A stretch of DNA of 64,000 bases from Bugula neritina (taxonomy: Eukaryota > Animalia > Bryozoa). The stretch lies in NCBI GenBank assembly GCA_964035545.1, contig OZ037767.1:19794628-19858627 (forward strand). The letters run 5' to 3'. Both the position numbers and the translations under genes were made by a program. Below are positions 56,072-64,000 of this stretch, one piece after another. Under the pieces are notes generated by a model that had not been told where the DNA came from, ran no database searches, and saw only the letters and a program-made list of their open reading frames with translations. Every line of letters begins with the position of its first letter. Within the stretch, counting starts at the first letter, position 1.

Positions 56072-57797
56072 GTTTAGAGGCTAGTGTAGATTAATGTCTT
56101 TGGTTTAGCATGAGCTGCAGGTTGTAGTAGATTATTGTTGTGTAAGACTCGGATATATTATCAAAATGAATAGCTCTAATTCTCACCAGCACATCCAGTT
56201 GTTTGTAGCGTTCAATGGTCTTCTCAATAATTCTCACCACATCAGATTCAATGGTAAGATCTCCAACTATAGTGATGACATCACCAGCTCCTTTACACAG
56301 ACTCACAGTCTCCTATAAAAATGTTATATAACGAGCCTAATATATGCTCAGCTATAAAGACAATATGTAGGTAATGTCAAAATATAGTTCATAAAGTATA
56401 ACCTACCTGCAGGTTTGGTTTATCTCTGCCACAGAGAGCCAGTCTAGATCCAAAAGATGCAAAGTGGATGGCAGTGGCTCTTCCAATACCAGAACTGGCT
56501 CCTGCATGTATACAATAGTATTACTAAAACTCAATTGCCATTTGATAGTGTTTAGAAAGACCCCAAAAGGTTTTTAACATTAGAATATCCTCATCTCGTG
56601 CAATTCTTTTGTAGCAATTAAATACAAGAATTGCATCCAGTTTAAGGCAGATGAAGTTTCTAATGATTATACAGCTAATCTGTAATGGTAAATTTATTTT
56701 TGACATATTGTATAAAGTAGAATCCTTCAGTTATACAGGCAAAGGAAAGCTTTACAGACAATATTTGTAAAATATTAAAAAGAAAGCTAAATATAGTCAT
56801 ACCTGTTATTATAGCAACTTTTCCTCTAAGAGATGCCATGATTACCAAAGAATAAATTGGACTGACTGTGAGACTACAGTACTAGACAGGAACTAATTAA
56901 TCTTATAAACTGACTGCATGGGTACTTCTGCACTATTAGATATATATTATATATATCATCATCATCCAGGCATTCAATAACTCGTTACATGATATATCCT
57001 CTCTCTATTAATATTACAGAGGGTTACGTTTACTTCTGTAAACAGTTATATATACTATTATAGCAATAGTGACTGAACAATTCTGCATTAAATTTTATCA
57101 CCACCCAAACATGTGATTATGTGCTACATTGTATATACTATCTTCACGTACTCAAAGCCGGTTATATTTTGAGGTAAAAACTATGGCCTTCTGCATACCA
57201 CTACATAAACAACTTGTCTCTATATTATATTGGGTTTATTGTGTGACTCACTGTTACAGGAGCTTTTTGTTCTTGCTTTAAGTAAAATATTGTTTGATTA
57301 AAGCTTTTTTTTAAAAGCCTTTGCAATTTCTTTTTACTGGTAGCTTTTTTGATGATCGAGTCAGTACAGCTCAGGAAATGTTCCTTTTGTTAAAGATGCA
57401 GGCAATTTAGACTTTATTGCTCAAATAATTTTAAGCATTACATTTCCTTTTGTTTTTAACTTCATTAATTAAAAGTTCTGTAAGAAATAGCTGTATTGAT
57501 TAATGCTAATTTAATAAGATTTTTATACGTTTATAGGTTACAGTATTGTAAGAAATATAGACCGTTGGCATTAAGCAAAAAGGTTGAGTTGTATCCTGCA
57601 TCTCTGCATCCAGCATTCAGTATTCACAACACATAAGTATCTGTGCCACTCAGCACCAGTGCTGTCACACTCAGTTTCTATCTTTTTATAGTTCTGAAAG
57701 CTCCAATATTCATGGCATCATTGCATTTTATTACACACAGAGCTGTTGCCTTTTGCAATGCTGATTAATAATTTTGAGAGTGATATTTGTGAAACTT

Positions 57798-57985
57798 GTT
57801 CGAACTCCAGTGAAGGCCAGTAGTGATGTTAGGAAGAGCATCCAGTCATAAGTGCTCCTGTGCCTCATCTGAATAAGTCCCTAGCCCGCTTTAACAAAAA
57901 CCCATTCCATCAGGGATTTCTCACAAGGGTTTCCCTCCTATATTGGGATTAGAATTCTCCCAGCATTGCTTTTTAACTGTGCAGT
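57798..57985 (+). mobile_element. 5'-truncated SINE copy at the H/I duplication junction
   Basis: Starts at B-box-like GTTCGAACTCC, then the core and the same downstream flank as the 52978 copy. Confidence 0.75.
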
Positions 57986-58557
57986 AGACAAAAGTTATTA
58001 TAGTCATGTAATCACTGCATGACCAATAGTATCATATGGTAATTTAAAAAGTGGTTAGGGTTGCTGTTTGATGTATCAGTTAAATGAATGCTATGTTAAA
58101 GATTCTTGGCCACTGCTTCTATATCATTGTCCCAGGTTTACTGGCAAATAGTCAAACTTTTATCTTCTGTAGGCATTTATTTTTAAAAGATATCAGTTTG
58201 ATGTGTTGAGAGCTGTTACAAATCACTCTTCAACTATTTATATGCCTATATGTGATAGATAAATAAATAGGGGTGTTGCATAAGTAATAACTTGTAGTAA
58301 CTTTTGTTTCAGTGTTTTATAAACTTTCAATTTTATATAGGATGAAATACAAAGTTGATCTGATGGTGAATTTTGCATGCTATAGATATATTCTGCTTAT
58401 AATATGATAGGAATATAATAACAAACAAATTCATCCTGTGTATAATTATATGGTATCATAGAATCTAATGTAGCACATATGAACATCAAGAGTGTTGCAG
58501 TAGCAGAATGATCAAAATTCTATTTGATTGTACTGCAGCTATAATGTTATGCTTTTA

Positions 58558-60832
58558 TCATACTGGAAGTTGAGGCGTGCTCAAGTGAAATCCTCCATCT
58601 AACAGAAGTTGAACTCCCGTGGTAAAACTTGACTCACTACTAGCCAGGAAAGCTATAGACTTAGCAACTTCCTCTGGTTGTCCAACTCTCCCAATAGGGT
58701 AGGCAGCTCCTGTCTTCTCAAAAAACTAAAATCAATTCTGACTTTGAACTATCATTCTCACTCACAGCGAATTCTAATAGTATGTTTACAACTGCAGGGC
58801 AGTTTTAATGAAATATTTGAAAGGCTAAAAAGATATAAAGCTCTTTACTATTCAGTTATAAATACTGACTGCATGTGTGGAAAAAAGAAAATAAAAATGC
58901 TTCTTTGAAAAGTGCAGAAAGTGTTTGCTTTACTTACGGCTGGTATTTTATCTTTTGGTATTGCTTTATCGAATATGCCTGTTTCAATGATACCTGGGCT
59001 AAAACAGATTCATTAAAATATCTAATAGAATAGTGAGATTAGCAACTTTGTCATCTAAGATGTTCAATTTTTTGTAGCAAAAAAAAGTTGATCTTATAAC
59101 AAAGCAAAAAGCCTAACTACATATAATATTGCTCTTGAAGTATGCTCTTGAATGTTACCAGATATCTGAGTGATACAAACAGTTAACAGATAGCTTATGC
59201 AAACACTTCTACTCTTGTATGATTTCTTGCTTAGAATGAAAGTCTCATTTCAATATGTTATACAAATAAAGTTAAAACAGAATACATACTTAATAGTGTT
59301 GACTTTCACTTGTTTAGGAGCAAGATCTAAGGCTAAACTTCTTGCAAAGTGATCTATAGCTGCCTTGGACATGCTGTATGCTACAGCTTTGGGACACTAA
59401 AACAGTATGGAGTTTGATAAATTAATAACATATTCATTGTTAGTAATGGGGAAAAGTGATAGTGATGGAAAGTGTTATTAAATTATGACGATTAATTGTG
59501 AGTGATTGTGAGTGATTAGTCAGGATAGTGAGTGAGAGTGAGTGATATTGGTGCTGTGGGAAACTACAACAGTCAAGTGCCAAACCTAACATAGCTAAAT
59601 GTCATACCAGCAGAGTTTCACATCTACATCAATTCAATTAGCTCCACAAGTTAAAATGTTAATTGCTTTTTAAAGTTGTATAAGATTAATGCTATAGAGA
59701 ACTTAGTACAGATATTGTCGATGCTGCACTAGATGTGATGACAATGGATCCTTTACTCTCAATCAGATATGGAACAGCTAGTTGTGTCAGATGGTACACA
59801 GCTCTGATGTTGGTAGCCATTATCAAGTCAAATTGTTCCAGAGTCTCATCTATGATGCTGTTAAATCTTACGATTCCTGCGTTATTAACCTTTATAAAGA
59901 ATATAAATACATAAATAGACTATATTTACTTATTTAACAGTTTCATAGACTCTGTTCAACGATAGTTTCTATATTTTTATATATTTAAAAGCAACAACTA
60001 GAACTTCTGACTGAAAATTAGATACAAATATACTGTATGTATGTATATGAAAGTATTGTTTAGACTTTAGAGGCTAGTGTAGATTAATGTGTTTGGTTTA
60101 GCATGAGCTGCAGGTTGTAGTAGATTATTGTTGTGTAAGACTCAGATATATAATCAAAATGAATAGCTCTAGTTCTCACCAGCACATCCAGCTGTTTGTA
60201 GTGTTCTATTGTATTCTCAATAATTCTCACCACATCAGATTCAATAGTAAGATCTCCAACTATAGTGATGACATCACCAGCTCCTTTACATAAACTCGCA
60301 GTTTTCTATAAAGAGATTATAATATAATGATGGAGCCTAATATGCTCAGCTTTAAAGACAATGCAGGTAAGGTCACAATATAGTTTATAAAATATAACCT
60401 ACCTGAAGATTGACTTCATTTCTACCACAGAGAGCCAGTCTAGATCCAAGAGATGCAAAGTGGATAGCAGTGGCTCTTCCAATACCAGAACTGGCTCCTG
60501 TATGTACAATAGTATTACTAAAACTCAATTTCTATTTGATCATGCCTAAGAGAGACGCCAAAAGGTTTTTGACATTAGAATATCCTCATCTCATGCAATT
60601 CTTTTGTAGCAATTAAATACAAGAATTGAGGCAGTTTAAGGCAGATGAAGTTTCTAATGATTATACAGCTAATCTGTAATGGTAAATTTATTTTTGACAT
60701 ATTGTATAAAGTAGAATCATTCAGTTATACAGGCACAAGAAAGTTTTACAGACACTATTTATAAATAGTAAAAAGAGAGTTAAATATAGTAATACCTGTT
60801 ATTATAGCAACTTTTCCTTTAAGGGATGCCAT
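58558..60832 (-). CDS. SDR paralog I, 257 aa (exons 60832-60796, 60497-60403, 60305-60180, 59889-59710, 59396-59290, 58998-58938, 58725-58558)
   Basis: [37 protein letters not shown]; frame open; introns align with H. Confidence 0.93.
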
Positions 60833-61594
60833 ATGATTACCAAAGAATCAATTTGACTGACTGTGAGGCTGCTGCACTAGACACATGAACTAATCTATCA
60901 AACTGACTTATCATCCAGGCATGCGATTATGTGCTACGTGCAGTTATATTTCAATGCCAACAAACTATGCGTCTTCTGCATATCATTGCACAAATAACTC
61001 GCCTGCCTCGATATTGTGGAGATTTTGTATTGTTATATATCGAAAGGACAACTCCTCATTGCTTATTCTCTCCATGCATTATGGCACGAGGCATATGCTT
61101 GCTGCAAATGAAGTTAATCAACTATCGTGATGGTGCTAGCCGTGATAGCCAATCAGCGAAGCCAGTGTTGTATACACTGGTGATGTATTAGGATGGGACC
61201 ATATTTACAATTAGCAAATGGGAGAAGTCTAATAACTTGTGCTAGTAGTTAGCGTGCTTGACTGGTCGGCGGATAGCACTGGGATTTGTCATTGAAAAGT
61301 CTCGTATATTCTCTCTCTGATTATGTAACGTGTTTTGACAATTGTACAGTTTTATTAGTGTCTTGAAATAAATAGAATAAAGCTGGTGAAATAGTTTTGC
61401 CTAAATAGACCCGATAATAAACAGTGGAGCGAAAATTCACAACAATATTATAATTATTTAGGTTGATTGTGTGCCTCAGTTTCTCTCTTTTTATAGTTCT
61501 GAAAACTCCAATATTCATAGCATCATTGTATTTTATTACACACAGAGCTGTTGCCTTTCACAATGTTGATCAAGAATTTTGAGAGTGATATTGT

Positions 61595-61961
61595 TGTAAT
61601 TTTTACTCTTGCGGGTTTCAGTGTATAATCAAATTAGTGCATTGCTTGCAATCTAATCAATCTCACAATTGCAGTTTCAGATAATAAAAAAGTATATTTA
61701 TACAAATAGGTACACAAATAAAACTCTACATCTACTCAGATATTTTACAGCAACTCAATACAGTGTTTCTAGCTCGCCTGTCTACTAACAACTGTTCTGC
61801 TACGCGGGAAGCCACAGTCCTAATAATAACTGACGATTCCTATTGGAGGGTTAGTTGTCTCGGGTCATCTTTCTACACACGCATTGACCCCGTATTACAG
61901 TTAGAAGGGAATTAGTGCTTTCCTCTTTTCAATTATGATAGTAGTCCATCGAGCCACCACA
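61595..61961 (-). repeat. 3' LTR of Gypsy #3 (about 367 bp)
   Basis: TG...CA termini, adjacent PPT, start similar to the LTR of Gypsy #1. The left boundary could be 61592. Confidence 0.78.
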
Positions 61962-62260
61962 CCGCCCCCACTAGTAGAAAGCCCACTTTCTGATAACAAT
62001 AATCATACAATAATAATAAGAGTAATAAAAAAAACAAATACATAATACGAAGCATACATAAGTCAGCAACGACAAGAGATAACTATTACAAAAAAAATAC
62101 ACACATGTGGCCAGATATAGAGAGAGAAGTATGGCTAGCTATGCCGGTAACCAGCAAAAGAAGACGACAGGCATCTACATGATCACAATATCGTACACCG
62201 AGAGTTCCCAGGAAGGATAGGATTCACAGATAATTCCTTGTTTTATAAGGGTCACTGTCA

Positions 62261-63012
62261 CTATTTGGGAGACCGATGTTTAGCCTTGTGGGCACGTAGT
62301 CTTCGTTTCATCCGCTCTACAGAGTCTTTGAGTTGATATAGCCCAGTGGTTGTATTCAATAATTCTGGGGCCAACTGTGTGAAATCAGCCTGTAGTCGGA
62401 GGAGCCGCTCTTCTATGGTGGCCAGGCGGGTCGGTCGTTCTGTGGGTGGCATCGTGGCCCTCCTGCGAGGTGGTTCTACCTCTTCCTCTACTTCCGCTGG
62501 AGTCGGTTCTTCAGGAACGGGGATAGCTTCAGGTTTATCAGCTACCATGGGGAACTGTTGTCAGGCGTACTTCAACGCATACTGGAACCCAGAAGTCAGG
62601 ACGGTTAGTACTAACGCCTTCTTCACCAGTGACCGAATGAGTGCTAAGAATTCCGGATACATGTCGGCGTCCACGACGTAGTTTTTTCCGGGATAGCATC
62701 CAGTAGCCCTATGTACGATGACTGGGTAAGGATAGACATCGTGATGCCTACAGGCGCAAAAGGCTAGTAAGAAGTGTGCATCTACATGCAGTCTTAACGA
62801 ACAATGTGATGGCCGGTCCTCATTACATATTTGACATCGGGTGCTCCCCTTTGGTCCCCATGCGGCCTCTATTTTTCTTTTTGTTGCCGGCGACACCCAC
62901 CGCCAACGGCGGCGTAATGGCCCCGGTAATCCGCCTTCTACTTCTTCTTTTTCCATAGGTAAGGGAGGAAGCGATTGGTCCCGTGACCTGGTGGTAGCAG
63001 GTCGAGTGTAAC
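62261..63012 (-). pseudogene. Additional 3' ORF of Gypsy #3 (about 250 codons): C2H2 zinc finger + acidic/Pro linker + coiled coil; one in-frame TGA at 62563-62561
   Basis: Track ORFs 62561-62956 and 62261-62548 share a frame and are separated by TGA CAA CAG TTC CCC. The motif CQIC-x12-H-VDA-H is present. The frame opens next to a CTCTTTCAG acceptor-like site. Confidence 0.7.
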
Positions 63013-63336
63013 CTGAAAGAGTTCAACCGTGTTAATGAGATACACTGAAGTGTTGCCATCATTAGACAGCCTGACAGTTTCCCATTCGGTTAAACACTCG
63101 CGATATTTATACTGGCAAATAGTTGGAGGGAAACAACACACTGCAATAGGAGATCGCTGAAATCTCTAAGTCAATCTGTGTCCCCACCACTGCATTTCGC
63201 CAGCTTATCTCTAGCTTAGTCAACTCAGTCGAGTCAAAGCCGAGTGATGCAATTTAGTTTCCATACCAAAAGAACATAGCTAACTCACCCCCCGATCCGG
63301 TATTGTAAGACATATTGAATTTTAGAATGGTTTTTA

Positions 63337-63999
63337 CTAGTGGCTAGTGGTACGTCTGCTCTTAACTGCATCAGCATAAGAAAAAACTGAGCAACATGAT
63401 TGTGGTGCGTGATTATGACTTCGCACACCCGGCAGATTAATTCTATTTGTAGTTCTGCCAATGTAAAAGTTGATATTTCCGTGGGGCTCATGACTCCCAC
63501 AATTTGCCGATGGTTTTCTCGTACTGTTTCCCGCTAGACTTTCATATGTGCCGCTTTTAACGCAGTCACATACAAAATCTTTCAAATACGCTGGGGGTTG
63601 TCTAGTACGCTGTCCTCGTTCCAGAGGGGGTGGTGCACTCACCGGTGAACTATCAAGTTCTACTGGAGGAGATTCCAGTTTTCTAGTAACTATTTCTTCT
63701 CTGATTTCTGCGGATGAAGCCCCTCCCTCCGTGGGGTTTTGCACTTCCGGATCCGGCTTGGGTTCCGGTAGTGATGGCGTCAGACCTGGCGCTGGAGGTG
63801 GCGAACGCACTTCTGTCGGTGGAAGCGGTCATTCGTCTCTTGCCAGGTCCTCCTCCCGCGGCATGACCATCTCATACTCGGATCCATGCCGCCGTCGCCC
63901 GCGCTTTGTTGTCTGCCTTTTTGGCTCCAACAACAGGGGGGCCTCTCCCACCGCGTCTGGGCTAGCCTAATACGACTTCAAGCGAGCCTCATTCTGGAT
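63337..63999 (-). pseudogene. pol: C-terminal tail of Gypsy #3 pol/integrase with two in-frame stops
   Basis: IQNEARLKSY*...RDE*PLPP...RGQRTRQPPAYLKDFVC; stops at 63969-63967 and 63831-63829. Confidence 0.72.
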
Positions 64000-64000
64000 A

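Larger units (their letters stand above)
53797..56839 (-). pseudogene. SDR paralog H (exons 56839-56803, 56501-56407, 56312-56187, 55550-55371, 54538-54432, 54139-54079, 53966-53797); premature stop in exon 7
   Basis: [26 protein letters not shown]. Exon 7 reads AGA ATA TAG GAC where paralogs have R-I/V-G-Q: a 2-bp TA insertion with the stop at 53924-53922. Confidence 0.85.
61595..64000 (-). mobile_element. Ty3/Gypsy LTR retrotransposon #3 (3' part; continues beyond window end)
   Basis: 3' LTR 61595-61961, purine-rich PPT AGTGGGGGCGG (61972-61962), integrase tail. Homology with the paralogous flank at about 57670-57790 stops at 61594. Confidence 0.88.

Noticed and set aside
62261-63012. Calling the extra ORF of Gypsy #3 an env gene
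   Set aside because: No evident signal peptide, fusion peptide or C-terminal transmembrane anchor; it has a C2H2 finger instead.

Overview
AT-rich eukaryotic (metazoan-type, GT-AG introns) DNA. It holds a tandem array of nine paralogous 7-exon classical short-chain dehydrogenase/reductase genes (FabG/3-oxoacyl-ACP-reductase-like SDRs), labelled A-I here and assembled by hand from splice sites. Seven look intact. A (5-bp frameshift plus an intronic Gypsy) and H (2-bp insertion giving a stop in the last exon) look disabled. Mobile DNA includes three Ty3/Gypsy LTR retrotransposons, a probable solo LTR, tRNA-derived SINEs, several MITEs and a Penelope-like retroelement fragment. Three observations stand out. 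(1) Three copies of a complete type I hammerhead ribozyme fold sit inside (TA)n tracts; two of them lie in the inverted pseudo-LTRs of a truncated Penelope-like element that still encodes a GIY-YIG-type C-terminus. (2) Patchwork gene conversion homogenises the SDR Rossmann-fold exons and appears to shuffle the NAD/NADP-specificity residue (CDRD vs CGRN) between paralogs, while substrate-binding segments diverge. (3) A Gypsy element carries an extra, probably spliced, 3' ORF encoding a C2H2 zinc finger plus a coiled coil instead of env. All alignments were done by eye and no database search was run.
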